A stretch of DNA of 61,749 nt, the filler included, from Nemertoderma westbladi (Eukaryota; Animalia; Xenacoelomorpha): assembly GCA_032718475.1 (NCBI GenBank). It is 4 parts of 4 records of this genome, joined end to end, with 100 filler letters (N's around TTAATTAATTAA, not from the genome) between each part and the next. Parts side by side here need not be neighbours in the genome. Positions count along the whole stretch, not along the records: positions 18,911 to 35,820 come from JAUCBJ010005764.1; 3 more parts are not named here. One strand, 5' to 3'. Shown in pieces: positions 23,366-35,689 of this stretch (position 1 is the stretch's first letter; every line of letters begins with the position of its first letter). The notes below the pieces were generated by a model. It searched no databases. It was not told the DNA's origin and saw only the letters and a list, made by a program, of their open reading frames with translations. The translations under genes were made by a program, and so were the position numbers.

Positions 23366-26165
23366 AATAATAATAATAATAATAATAATACACAATTTCT
23401 TATTATGCGCCTTTTTCGCAAGGTTCAAAGGCGCAGTAGTAAAAACAGTTAGAAAGTCAGTTGAAGGCCCTATTATATAAACATGTTTTGAGTTGAGATT
23501 TGAATGATTCTAAATTTGTGCAAGTTCTTAAGCTAAGGGGGAGACTGTTGAAAATAACTGGGGCAGCATGTTTAAATGCACGGGAACCGACCGTCTTTAA
23601 GTTGTATCTTGGGACCGATAAAGTCCACAGTTGTTGGGTTCTAGTTGGGTTGTAGTTTGGAGTCAACAGTTCTAAAATGTAAGACGGGGCGAGACCATTA
23701 AGCGCCTTCCACGTCATGAGTGCAATCTTGTACTCGATACGGAAGGTGACCGGCAACCAGTGAAGAGTTCGTAATGTAGGAGTGATGTGAGACCGAACAG
23801 GTTGACCGGAAATAAGGCGGGCGCAGCTATTAAGTGCAAGTTGTAGTCTGTTGAGGGACACAGTTGGTAGATTATACAGAAGACTGTTGTTTTGATCGAT
23901 ACGTGATATTATTAGAGCATTGACAAGCTTCTTCAGATTATCAGAAGACAAGTGTTCTTTTATTCGACGTATGTTCCTGAGGTGAAAGTTAATAGATGCT
24001 GTGAGAGTTTTAATGTGATCATGCATATTTAGCTGACTATCGAAGCGAACTCCAAGGGTTGTTACGGTGGATAGGGATTGAATTATCTTGCCGCCTAGAG
24101 AGACTGAGAATTCTGATGCAAAGCTCAAGAAATCATTGCCGCGTCCAAGTAGTAGGATGTCTGTCTTGTCATCATTCAAGAACAGGTGAAGTTCATCGAG
24201 TTGCACTTTGATGGCTTGGATGCAATTTGCTATCGAAGCTTTTAGTGCCAATGAGTCAAGGCAGTCGAAAATTATGAAGATCTGGTTGTCGTCAGCGTAG
24301 ATGTGGTAGCCGACTTCAAGATGATCGCATGCTGTAGCAATGGGCAGACAGTAGATAAGGTACAGGATTGCTCCAAGGACTGAGCCCTGGGGAACTCCAC
24401 TCAAAATGTTTACAACACGAGAAAGTTTCCCATTTATTGAAACTACGAATGATCTATCTGATAGGTATGACTTAAACCACTGATAGACAGTCCCGTCAAT
24501 GCCGATATTACGAAGTGTGTCTAGTAATATGTTGTAATCGACAAGGTCGAAAGCAGCCGATTGGTCTAAGAGAATGAGAGCTGCGAATTTACCACTATCA
24601 ATAGTTTCGAGTAAGTCACTTTGTAATCTGCACAATAGTGTTTCAACAGAGTGATATTTACGATAACCCGAGACAAACTTTGGAATAATATTATTCTTAT
24701 CTAGGTAGTCAATCAGTTGGAGAGCAGCGTGTTTTTCAATGATCTTAGAAAGGAAAGATAAGTTTGAAACTGGTCTGTAGTTTTTCTTGTTTTGATGGTC
24801 GAGTTTAGCTTTCTTTAGTAGTGGACGGAGAATCGCTTGTTTACCATTGGATGGGAATTCACCGCGTTCAAGAGAAGTTGATGTTATTTTATGAACAATC
24901 GGAATCCATTGCTCTGGGACCTTTTTTAGGATTTCAGTTGGGATAGGATCGGAGGAACACGTTGTAGGTTTCATGTTACTAATAATCTGTTTGGTCTCCT
25001 GTGCCGTCGGGATAGTGAATTTTTCCCACTTCGAGTTAAAATCACTAGACGGATGATCTGGTACGGTGGGTGTTGCAGGTGCTGAGTCACGGAATTTATT
25101 TACCTTTTCCTCAAAGAAATCGGCAAATTCATTGGCTAACATAGAATCATCCTCTGAATCTGGGAGACGCGGGGAGTTGGTTGAGAGAGATTTGACAAAG
25201 CTGAACAGTTCACTAGTGGAGTTCGTTGACAATTTCGAAGAGTAGAATTCTGAAGATATCTCTCCACATCTGGTATAATATTCTTTGCAACTATTTCTGT
25301 ATACAGTTCGGTTCTCGCTGGTGCGATGTTTCCTGAAACGCCGCTCAAGTTTGCGCTTTTTATTCCGGAGTAGTTTCAACTCAGCAGTAAACCAAGGGGT
25401 AGAGGGTCTAGGTTTGAAAACGGTAGATTTTTCAGGAGAAATAATAGAGGCGATATTAGTTAGATGATCATTGTATTCACTACAAAGTTCAGTGACAGTT
25501 AAACTGGGATCAAATGTAACATCCAGCATATCACGTAGAAGATCTAAGTTACATTTCTTCCAGGATCGATGCAACACTTTCGTTGACGGCTTTGTAGTAT
25601 GGGACACCGGGCGCCGTAGGATATTCAAAGTGAAAGAGACAGGGTAATGGTCTGGATATAACGGATTGTTATCATCCACGTTTATAGACTCTATATCTAT
25701 CATATCGATGGTACTGGTATGTGTAATAATAACATCGAGGAGATGGCCAGATCGGTGCGTGGGGGAGTTGACCAATTGTTTCAGACAAAGGGATTCTAAC
25801 AAATCTCTGAAGCGGTTGGTTGCATTCGAATTCTCATCGAGGTGAATATTTAGGTCGCCGACTACAATTGTATCTACAGTTGAATCGGTAAATAACGCAG
25901 AAAGAAAATAATTAAATTCATCTAGGAAGCAATTATATAGTTCGCCGCTGACTAGTGGAGAAGGACGATACTACAACAAATCTAATTGGACCGACTGTTG
26001 TTTTGATATTAATAGCAATGTTCTCGAACGACGTATAATTTTCATTAAAATTAAGAGAGGATAAACAGCCTTTTAGTTCCTTGCGGTGGAGTATCCCAAC
26101 CCCACCTCCTCTAGTTAATCGTGGTTTATGGTCTAAGTTGTGAGTATTTGGGGTGAGCTGAGTAG
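23366..26165 (-). mobile_element. L2-clade LINE, 5'-truncated within the APE domain
   Basis: The 781-aa ORF has NYRPVSNL, LLDQSAAFD, GVPQGSVLG, YADD and the L2-typical HITPTLRTLHWLPV..RIEYK. APE remnants lie upstream (RGGGVG, VGDLN). The short 3' UTR has a stem-loop TGCGCCTTT/AAAGGCGCA (23406-35) and a (TAT)n tail (23366-90). Confidence 0.93.
23457..25802 (-). CDS. L2 LINE ORF2 (end of APE + complete RT domain), open for 781 codons
   Basis: ORF track. All RT core motifs are present. The true start is lost to an upstream frameshift and truncation. Confidence 0.85.
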   Translation of the reverse strand: MLESLCLKQLVNSPTHRSGHLLDVIITHTSTIDMIDIESINVDDNNPLYPDHYPVSFTLNILRRPVSHTTKPSTKVLHRSWKKCNLDLLRDMLDVTFDPSLTVTELCSEYNDHLTNIASIISPEKSTVFKPRPSTPWFTAELKLLRNKKRKLERRFRKHRTSENRTVYRNSCKEYYTRCGEISSEFYSSKLSTNSTSELFSFVKSLSTNSPRLPDSEDDSMLANEFADFFEEKVNKFRDSAPATPTVPDHPSSDFNSKWEKFTIPTAQETKQIISNMKPTTCSSDPIPTEILKKVPEQWIPIVHKITSTSLERGEFPSNGKQAILRPLLKKAKLDHQNKKNYRPVSNLSFLSKIIEKHAALQLIDYLDKNNIIPKFVSGYRKYHSVETLLCRLQSDLLETIDSGKFAALILLDQSAAFDLVDYNILLDTLRNIGIDGTVYQWFKSYLSDRSFVVSINGKLSRVVNILSGVPQGSVLGAILYLIYCLPIATACDHLEVGYHIYADDNQIFIIFDCLDSLALKASIANCIQAIKVQLDELHLFLNDDKTDILLLGRGNDFLSFASEFSVSLGGKIIQSLSTVTTLGVRFDSQLNMHDHIKTLTASINFHLRNIRRIKEHLSSDNLKKLVNALIISRIDQNNSLLYNLPTVSLNRLQLALNSCARLISGQPVRSHITPTLRTLHWLPVTFRIEYKIALMTWKALNGLAPSYILELLTPNYNPTRTQQLWTLSVPRYNLKTVGSRAFKHAAPVIFNSLPLSLRTCTNLESFKSQLKTCLYNRAFN

Positions 26166-26245
26166 TTACACTGTTGCAAAAATCGTGTACAGTAAGCCAA
26201 TATAATAAAAATACCAGAAAGATCATGTAATCATTCTTACGTTAA

Positions 26246-27799
26246 CCCTATTAGTACCGGGCTATAAAATGTTGTACAAATACCGGGGAGGGGTCATATT
26301 GACCCCCCCCTCTAAAATCTACAAATTTTTACGAAAACGTCTGATTTTTTGTTTGTACGTAGGTATCACTAGTCAGAATCCGACCGAAAAAAAAAATTTT
26401 CGAAAAAATGTACTGGGTTGGTTATATTGCAGCACCAAAATTACAAGTAGTGCACAATTTTCAGAAAATTTGAAACTGACATTTTTCGTCTAATTCTTTT
26501 TCAATACAGGTTTTCTGGGGCGCAAAATACATTGGAAAATATTTAAAAATGATATGATTACCATAAATGGCTGTTTAGTCCTCTCTGCGTAGGAAAAAAA
26601 TGAAAAAAACAAGTTACCAGCACTTTTCAGTTAGAACACAAAATTTTTAATTCACTTATGCGATGCTATAAATTCACATTTTCAGGTTTTCTAGGGCGCT
26701 GATTCTAATGGAATACATTTCAAATATACCAGATCATTGCTACTTGTATTTTTCGACGTAATTTGGCAAATTTTGGTGCTAGGACCAAATTTCGTACCCA
26801 TCACCAAAAAGTACAAGTTTGCGATGTCCAGTGCTGTTTTTATTGATTCCATCGGATTCAGGACCCTCATAAACCCGTATAACGCAATAAACAAGATGAT
26901 ACTATCTACTGATCAATTTGCTTATTTTACAAAATTTGGTGCTGGCACAACAATTTTCACCCACCGGCGAAAAATACAAGTTTGAAAACTCTCATGAAAT
27001 TTTTACTGATTCCATTGAATTCAGAACCCTCACAAACCCGTATAACGCAAGAAACAAGGTGACACAATCAATTTATATATTTGATGGTTTTCAAAATTTG
27101 GTGCTAGCACCACATTTTGCACCCACTTCCGAAAAATACAAGTTTGAGATGCCTAGATCGAAAATTATATATTCCATTCAATTCAGAATAGCCATAAACC
27201 TCTAAAACGCAAGAAATAAATTGTCACAAACAATTTTATCAATTGAATGGATTTTCAAAATTTTGTGCTATCACCAAAATTTGCACCCACCACCGAAAAA
27301 TACAAGTTTGATACGCTTGGTGCAACTCGTATATATTTCATCGAAACCATAACCCCAAAAAACCCCAATTGCGTAAAAAACAAGTTTCACACAATCAATT
27401 TACAAAATTGACATATTTCAAAATTTGGTGCTGGCACCAAAAATTGGCACCCGCCGAAAAAACAAGTTTGAAATTTCTAAATCAATTTATATGAATTCCA
27501 TCCAATTTCTAACACCAAAAAACCGGTGTAAATCAATAAAAGAGATGTTAGAATTCATATTTAATGAAATGTAATTTTCAAAAAACGTCTCAAAAAAAGT
27601 GCCAAAAATAGGGTTAAAAAATGGTGCTATAACTCGAAAACTACCCAATATTTTTGAAAACGGTTTTCACTACTAGGAAGACAATAGATTTTTAGGAAAA
27701 GTCATAAAATTTCAGATTCCCAACTGCGTTTGTTTCAGAATTATAATAAAAAAACCACGGGGGGGGTCATATTGACCCCCCCCCCCGGGTTTAATAGGG
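26246..27799. mobile_element. Non-autonomous piggyBac-like DNA transposon
   Basis: TTAA duplicated at 26242-45 and 27800-03. TIRs are CCCTATTAGTACCGGG / CCCGGGTTTAATAGGG. A GGGGTCATATTGACCCC palindrome lies near both ends. No transposase ORF. Confidence 0.88.
26765..27540. repeat. ~163-bp diverged tandem repeat (~5 copies) inside the piggyBac-like element
   Basis: TTT(G/T)GTGCT anchor at 26772, 26935, 27097, 27261 and 27424. Confidence 0.85.
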
Positions 27800-28564
27800 T
27801 TAAAAGATTCTATCACTATCAGCAGTATAACTGTATGGAATGAATACCGCAATAACAGTGGTATATACATCATGGTGCAATAAAAATATAAATCAATTGT
27901 ATTAATTATTATAACCATTGGTACATCATCTAGTTTAAAAATGTGCAGAGCTTTATTATAGGGTAGGTCCAATTATTTAAATATATTAAACTCAGTGAAA
28001 TAAAAGTTATTATAGCGCTATAAAAATAAGTCATTATCTTGATATATAATGCCACATCTTTCGTAATTCGGAATAACCGTATACTGGATATTTACTAACA
28101 TAGCATTGTATTACATATGGTAAGTTACATATTGGTAATTTACAAATCCAGTGATTGTAATAAACTGATTACTGCCGATATGACCCCAGACCCAGCCCTT
28201 TTTGACCCCTGGAGTGATTGTGGTAGCTTTGCACTACTCGAGATGGGGGACGGAGACCCTATTCCCGTATATATTTCACTGTTAAACAGATCCTTGTATA
28301 TTGGAATGTCCGGGGTGTAGTGTCGTATCTCCGGGGTTGCAAGAAGGGCGGCTCGTTTATTTGGCGGCGAGGTTGCCTCCCTTTCTACTGTATTCTTGTG
28401 TGTTCGCTTGTGTTCTGTAAATAGAACTATCCATCTAAATATGATTTCTACCGTTCACAAAACTTTATTTGCGTTTTTCTCAAAACACTACTTTTCTCCA
28501 CGTGTCCTTTCTACTGCAACCATTACATTCAGTACAGTTTAGGCACAAGTCCTATACACCTATA

Positions 28565-28910
28565 TACACCATGTCCCAGAATATAGTGTCGTAATTCAGT
28601 GACACCCCCCCCCCCCCCCCTAATTTTTATACAAATCGTAATGAAATTGCATGAAATTTGATACAGAGATAGTTTCACCTCCCGACCTCTGACTGGGTGA
28701 GCCAGAATTTTTATATTTGCTTTCAATCTTTAACTACAGGCGTTTAAAAAAAGTGTCTCCAGCGATATTACACCAGTTACACCGCAGTTATTCTTCTACC
28801 TTATAGCTGTTTGTTGGTACCAATGGAAAGCTGGCCCTGCAAGGATTCAAATATGTAACGCAATTTGAATTTCGTTGAAAAATAGCTGAGATATGGGCGT
28901 TCAAATGTTG
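28565..28910 (+). mobile_element. Terminal fragment of a Tc1/mariner-like non-autonomous family (further copies at ~36370-36712 on + and ~40385-40743 on -)
   Basis: Shared TACACCATGTCC..AATATAGTGTCG-poly(C)-AAATCGTAATGA.ATTGCATGAAATTTG..ACAGAGATAGTTTCACCTCC in three places, with a TA|CACC terminus. The superfamily call is an inference. Confidence 0.7.
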
Positions 28911-31619
28911 CATGGTTTTGCAACGACGCGAGGCTATTTTATTCTATTTAATAAATGCATCATACTCTATTATATATAATCTTCGCAGGATGCCCGAATT
29001 CCCTGTCCAGGGCTCGCCATGCAGTCGTGAACCCTCCTTCAATACCTTGGTATTGTCTCACGATGTCGTATGCTGGCCCCCCTGTATGTATGTATAGACT
29101 TGTATATAATACTGTATATGTTATATGTATGTTATATATTAAATTATATGTTATAATTGTATATAAATTAATAATTGTTGGTATTGATAAGAAAGCTGAC
29201 CGCCGCGCAAGGATTCCAAATATGTAACACAATCTGAATTTCATTCTAAATAACTTGAGATACCGACGTGTACTAAAGTAACATGATGGGGGAATAATGC
29301 CAACCACATACAATACAATAGGCCTAATAATAATGTACAAATAAAAATCGAATACAATAATGTAAACCATTTGAGAATGAATAGTGAGGGATTTGAGATT
29401 TAATATATATTTTTTAATATAGATATTTAAATATAATATAGATTTTTTACTTTTATTGCTGTCTGTCCTTCATACTGCTTTACACTGAATCTTTCATAGC
29501 AAAAGCTACACAACTAATTAAATAAAATGTGACATGGCACAATTTTCAAATTTTGTTATTGTAATTAAGGGTAGCTTCGGTGGAAATTTGAGAAATACAA
29601 GAAAAAATTGACGAGGTCCGATTTTATGTGCCTAACGGCTCATATTCTTCCATAGGTTTCAGTTAGATTGACAATTTTGGTGGTTAATCAGGGCACATGA
29701 ATAAATTGCGTGAGCGTATCCAAAATGGGACAAAAAAGTGTCCCATTCGTTTTTTTTATCAGAAAACGCGAACTGATAAAGATTTAGATCATCACATCTA
29801 TTCACTTATTTAGTAAAGACATTGCTTAAAATATTATAATTTATTGTTTTGATTAGAACGTGCTGTAACCTGGCTTAAAATATTATAATTTATTGTTTTG
29901 ATTAGAACGTGCTGTAACCTGCTTCAATTAATTTTCATCAAAAACATCTATTTAAATTTTCAAATTAATTGTTTGATATAATAATACAACATTTGTGTGT
30001 ATCTCATAGTTTAATGGGGAAAAAATATTTAGGACCGCTTTTCACGGCAACATTTACCAGTTTTTCTAACTAGAGAGCTTTCTACTTCGATCTATAATAT
30101 TTTGACCTATGGTCGGTCACTTCAATGCCACCATTAAGCAGTAATACTGATAAGCAGTATTACTGGTGGAAGGAGTCTTCCTAGCTGAGAATCTTTGGGG
30201 TAAATAGGTTAGTCTTGATCTTCACATATATTCAATAATGATATTGAGCAAGTAATAAACAGGTAACCAGTTAATGCCCCAAAGTCCGGGGTCACGTGAA
30301 CAGTAATCTCGATAGAGTGACAGTAGCTAATAATCAGTCGTCTTGCCATAATAATCCTACCATATTTACTATCTTGGTAAAAATATAAGACTAATATTCT
30401 TCACATGGGCGTTTTTATATAAGGCCGGGCCGGGCCGGTCCGGGCCTACTTAAACTTCATTTTTGAGGTTCTTAAAATTTGAGTTCCATAATAGGCACAT
30501 TCAAACGCCTGATTGGTCCAGCCAACAGGCTTGTGATTGGTTCTGCTCGCCACTAATACCATTAGAAAGAAGGAGACAGGTTAGGTGTGCCTAATCGTTC
30601 TAAAAATTTGTTATTCTCTCTCTCTCCCAGCTGGGCAACAATACAATAATTGGGGATGGCATAGGGCCGTCCCCATATGTCCTATGTACTCTGGTCAAGC
30701 AATATTATTAAGAACGTTAACTGTATGGTAGGAAAATAGATTGCGCACATATTGGTTTTGGGTTTTCGAAGTGCATAATAGGGATTAATCCCGTAACACA
30801 TATATATGAAAAACGGAAAACAAACTTTGGGAACTTGGGGGAATCTGAGTACTTCACCTGTGTGTATTTGTTTATTTTGTATGACGTCGCCTGTTTGTGA
30901 TTGTTTACTTTCTATGACGTTATCACGTGTCATGTTATCATGTATTTCACAGGCGCTATCAACATGACTTGAGTAAGTCTCGTACTCGGTATCGCCAGTT
31001 TAAAGAAACCAATCCTGAGCGCTATGAGGAATATCTTAATTACATGAGAAACCGACAGAGGGCGTATCGAGAGAGGATGAAGGGACATAGAGACTAGAGG
31101 AAGGCCGGAATACAGTATAGTGTTGCACGAGAGATAATAACATACGGATATTTGTACTTACTCATCATTCTCAACTTTTATATCAAGTCTTGTTGGCATC
31201 CCGCCACCCGTGATGATATACTAATGGAAATTAAATTATGAAAGATAAGGACAGTGTGAATATTTTTATTTGAAGTTTTATTGAGCCGATCTAGGACATA
31301 GTCCTGTAGTATCAAATACAATAAAAGTCAACATCACACATCACTAGATATTCGTTCTTTTGTTTCAGAGGTTCTAATAATATATGAACCGTGGTACGAA
31401 TGGAAAGTAGGCCTATACCAAAATATTATTACTACAGTATTATTATTACTATTACTTTTTTCGGTTTTGGTTAAATTTGTTTGCTGTCCTTTTGACAATA
31501 ATTATATTTTATAATAAATAATTTTGATATATTCGTAATTTTTCTTATCGTCTTATTTTGTTGTTGTGTTGTGCATAATAATAAGAAGTAATAATTGTAG
31601 ATTGTCAATAAACTATAGT

Positions 31620-34600
31620 GTGTCATTACCAATAATAATGTCACCTTGAGTTGAGAGGTCAAACCATCTCAGAGGGACAAAGGGGCTAGGAAGGCTAGCA
31701 CGTGGGGACAGTGGCAACAGGGAGTGGCGAGGTGACAATTAATCAGGTTAAGCCAATGATGGGTGAGGAAAACACAATGGAAGTGATTAGAGCGCATCTA
31801 TTGGACAGGCCACTCAGTAGAGTAGAGGTGATTAATATGTGTTAATAATATAACCGTTGCACTTATTGATTCAGATTCAGTTGGTTTCTATACAGTTGTG
31901 AGACCGGAACATTTTTTAACCGTCGTCATTACCATGTTATTATATTCTGACTGTGCTATTATTATGTTCATTACAGCAACTGACAGTAAAAACTCAGTTA
32001 TTTCAAAGGCCTTCGGTCTATTACATATATCCAGACTACAGCTTTAGCAGCCTACGGACGTGGTGACGCATATAACACACAACGGTTGGGATTCAATCTG
32101 CCAACTCCGTTGGATCCCGTCACAGTTAAAAACTGCCAACCAAAGTCAACAGCTATAAATAAACTATGACAACACAACAATATGAGCGAACAAGAGATGC
32201 CCCAAGGTCCAGAGGGAGAGATGAGACCGCCGCGAACCCCGAGCGACAGAGATGAGATGATTCGAGAAGCAGCAACGAGGCAGGACCGGCCCTCTACACC
32301 GAATTCGCCAACGAGGGACGCTCCAGACGTTGAGGAGGAGGGCGGCCGAGTATGAGGAGGAGAGGGGAATGAGTCGACGCGAGATCAGAGCGGCGAACGA
32401 GGTACCAAAGTCGCCGGCCAACAAGTGGCCGAGGGCGGCGAACGGCCCACCGGAACGGCAACAGTGGGGCCGATGGTACGGCGATGGACGAGGAGGGAAG
32501 GTCTAGTCCAGGAGGAAGACGTCGGGATGAGCGATCGCCTACGACGAGGGTACAACACCACCAAGAAGTTGTTGAAGGATGCTAGAGTGGGAGGAAAGGT
32601 AGACCAGCCCAAGTTGTACCGGAGGCTAGGTGAGTGCAACAAACATTTTCGCTACCTAGTCCGATTTGGACAGGGGGAACTAGCAAGTGAGAGGGCGAGG
32701 GGGGTCGCCACAGAACTGTTCGAATTGTGGCGATCCGAGGTGGTGGAGGCTATTGTGGTGTACGTAGGGCCCTATCTAGTAGTTGCAAGGGGGATTAAGT
32801 TAGTGGGGTGGGCGGACCCGCACAACACCGAATCCAAGGTTAACACCGAAGATTTGGTGTCGTCGGTCAGTAGGAACCTCAGTAAGCATGGGAAAATTAG
32901 TAGAACAAACAGGCGACGGGAGTCCGTCGCAACCGAAAAGTACACTACATCCTCTGCGAAGGCAAGAAGAGTGTTAGAGATAGATCTGCCGTGTCAGTTA
33001 GACATTGTCGCTCTGGATCAAAACGAACTAGAGTGACAGCTGGATGAGGGGACTGCGCTACTAGAAAGGGAAAGGGAGCTAGCCAGAGAGTGTAAAGAGA
33101 GGGCCGAGAGGGTGGCAAGAAACTATAGAGAGCGGGATGAGAGAGAATTGAGTGAGCGCAAAGAGCGAGAGACGAGGGAAGAGAATGAACGCAAAGAATG
33201 AGAGGCGAGGGAAGAGAACGAGCACAGAGAGCAGGAAGCGAGGAAAGCTGAGAGGATTGAGAGAGAAGAGAACGAGCGCAAAGAGCGGGAAGCGAGGAGA
33301 GCTGAGAGGATTGAGAGAGAAGTGAACGAGTGCAGAGAGTGGGAGGTGAGAGAGGTGAACGAGCGTAGAGAGCGGGATGCAAGGGAAGCAGAGTTAGCTG
33401 ATCAGAGTATTAGAGAGGATAGATAAAGAGAGAGGGTGGGTAAACGTATGCTGGGTGATATGCATACCCAGTTGAGGGGTGTTAATGCAATATCAGGCAT
33501 ATTTATGAGGAACCAGGGGTGATGGAAACCTTTGTTAATACCCCACTTAGAGGTACTGGACGACAGACCCAAGACTGGTGTGACCGCACAAGAGGGGTGG
33601 GGGGGGGGGGGGAGTAATGATAATACGTTTGGTGAAAACGTTAATATTAATAGTACCGTAGTGGATAACCCTAATACTAACGAAACCTTTCTTGCAGGAA
33701 ATAATAGGAGAATATATATAATAGGAGAAAATAATCTAAATAATAATCTAATTCTTGGTGCAGAAAATAATCAAAATAATTTAAATAATAATCCGGGTAT
33801 GCCAAATAATAATATAATAAATAATCCCAGTGAAATTAATCAAAATAATCTAAATAATGACATAATAAATCAACAGGGTGAGGCTAGTGGCGGTATAATT
33901 AATACAAACATAGGAGAAATAGGCAATTTGCCTAGTGAGGGCCTACAAGGCCACGCAGTTGCGCAGGGAGGAACGCGGGTGAATAAACCCAGAGAGGATA
34001 GAACTAACGTGTCAACTGGAGGACAACATGGACATGGGGACGAACTGAGAGTTGACGGGTGGGTGGGGGGGCTACGAGCACCCCACCACAACCAATTAAT
34101 GACGAGAGGGAGGGGGGCAGAAAACGCCCCATGAGTGTCGGCAGATAATGCGCGCAGTGAGTTAAGTGAACCGTGGCACCCGAAGATGGGAAGACGGAGG
34201 AAAGGGGGGGGGGGGGGCAATAGAAGCCCCACGAGCGTCGGCAGATAATGCGCATGGTGAGTTAAGTGAACCGTGGCACCCGATGACAGAGGATAATGAG
34301 AGGACTGCGAATATCCGCGGGGCCATCCAACCTGATAGAGGGAGGGACGTTGGTGCCGTAAGCGGCCAAATGAGAAAACGTCGAGCCCACTCGGAAGACG
34401 GAAGAAGGACAGTGGAATTCATTCAGTGGTCAATGGAATTAAAGCGCACTTAAGGTTGATGCTATTTTCTCACTGGGAAGATAGCATGGGGGGGAGTGTA
34501 AGCGGATTCAATTCCCTGCACTACCCACCGAAAATGGGTTAAGTGGGATTTTACCAATTATAGTTGGCGAGGTGACATTACCAATAATAATGTCACCTCA

Positions 34601-35119
34601 TAACCGACTCAGGCGATACGCATCGCCAGCCACAGGGAAAGTTGAGTGGTCAAACCATCTCAGAGGGACAAAGGGGCTAGGAAGGCTAGCACATGGGGAC
34701 AGTGGCAACAGGGAGTGGCGAGGTGACAATTAATCAGGTTAAGCCAATGATGGGCGGGGAAAACACATTGGAAGTGATTAGAGTGCATCTATTGGACAGG
34801 CCACTCAGTAGAGTAGAGGTGATTAATATGTGTTAATAATATAACAGTTGCACTTATTGATTCTGATTCAGTTGGTTTCTATACAGTTGTGAGACCGGAA
34901 CGGTTTTTAACCGTCGTCATTACCGTGCTATTATATTCTGACTGTGCTATTATTATGTTCTTCGATTACAGCAACTGACAGTTAAAACTCAGTTATTTCA
35001 ACGGCCTTCGGCCTATTACATATATCCAGACTACAGCTTTAGCAGCCTACGGACGCGGCGACGCGTATAACACACACCGGTCAGGATTCATACTGCCAAC
35101 TCCGTTGGATCCCATCACA
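31620..35119 (+). mobile_element. Non-autonomous LTR retroelement: truncated 5' LTR (~31620-32124), degenerate gag-like interior without pol, PPT and 3' LTR (34497-35119)
   Basis: About 500 bp of high-identity direct repeat. The 3' LTR (TGT...ACA) is preceded by a polypurine tract GGGGGGGAG (~34488-96). The interior has interrupted ORFs (32425-33036, a Glu/Arg-rich coiled-coil-like stretch, Asn-rich 33532-34134) with no RT or IN motifs. Confidence 0.85.
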
Positions 35120-35243
35120 ATTGTTACTATAGCAATACCGGTACCATATCGTATTACATCTGATAATATTTCATATCATAAAAACAATGAATATAATAAT
35201 GAATAAACGCATTTTTATTTAAAATTTAATTGACTTACTTTAA

Positions 35244-35689
35244 AGGCCCATTTCCGCACTGCTTTTTTATGTGAGGTAATCTGAGCTTTTTTTTGAGCTG
35301 TTTCTCTAGCTTGTTTTGCAGATAGGGGGTGGGGGGGTGGGGAGTGGACGCAATTAATATTCATCCCTCTCCAGGGGAAATTCGACACAAATAACATTTG
35401 ATTACTCTCAAAAATAAAACTGTAACCTGTTCTATTGTGTTTAGTTTATTATTTTGGTTAACGTTAACGTTTTTGTTAACGTGCTACTGTAACCTGTGTT
35501 AAAATATTAATGTTCTGGAATTATATAATTATGATATTTGACCCAGTGTTTTTTTGAGCTTTATTCTATATTTTAGGTTTTATTATTCCAAAATTATCAG
35601 ATTCGTCTTGAAGCGATGAATTTCTAGAAATTGTTTTTACTAAAAATGATCGAAATTAAGCTCAAAAGAAGCAGCGCGGAAACGGGCCT
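35244..35689. mobile_element. MITE, possibly PIF/Harbinger-like
   Basis: TIRs are AGGCCCATTTCCGCACTGCTTTTTT / AAAAGAAGCAGCGCGGAAACGGGCCT with TAA/TAT flanks. An internal segment (~35318-35465) recurs inverted at ~40135-40290. Confidence 0.65.

Noticed and set aside
22657-23421. Apparent membrane-anchored endonuclease (poly-Leu N-terminus + APE)
   Set aside because: The N-terminus is the translated 3' UTR and (TAT)n tail of the neighbouring L2, read from a TTG start. It is a chimeric artefact.
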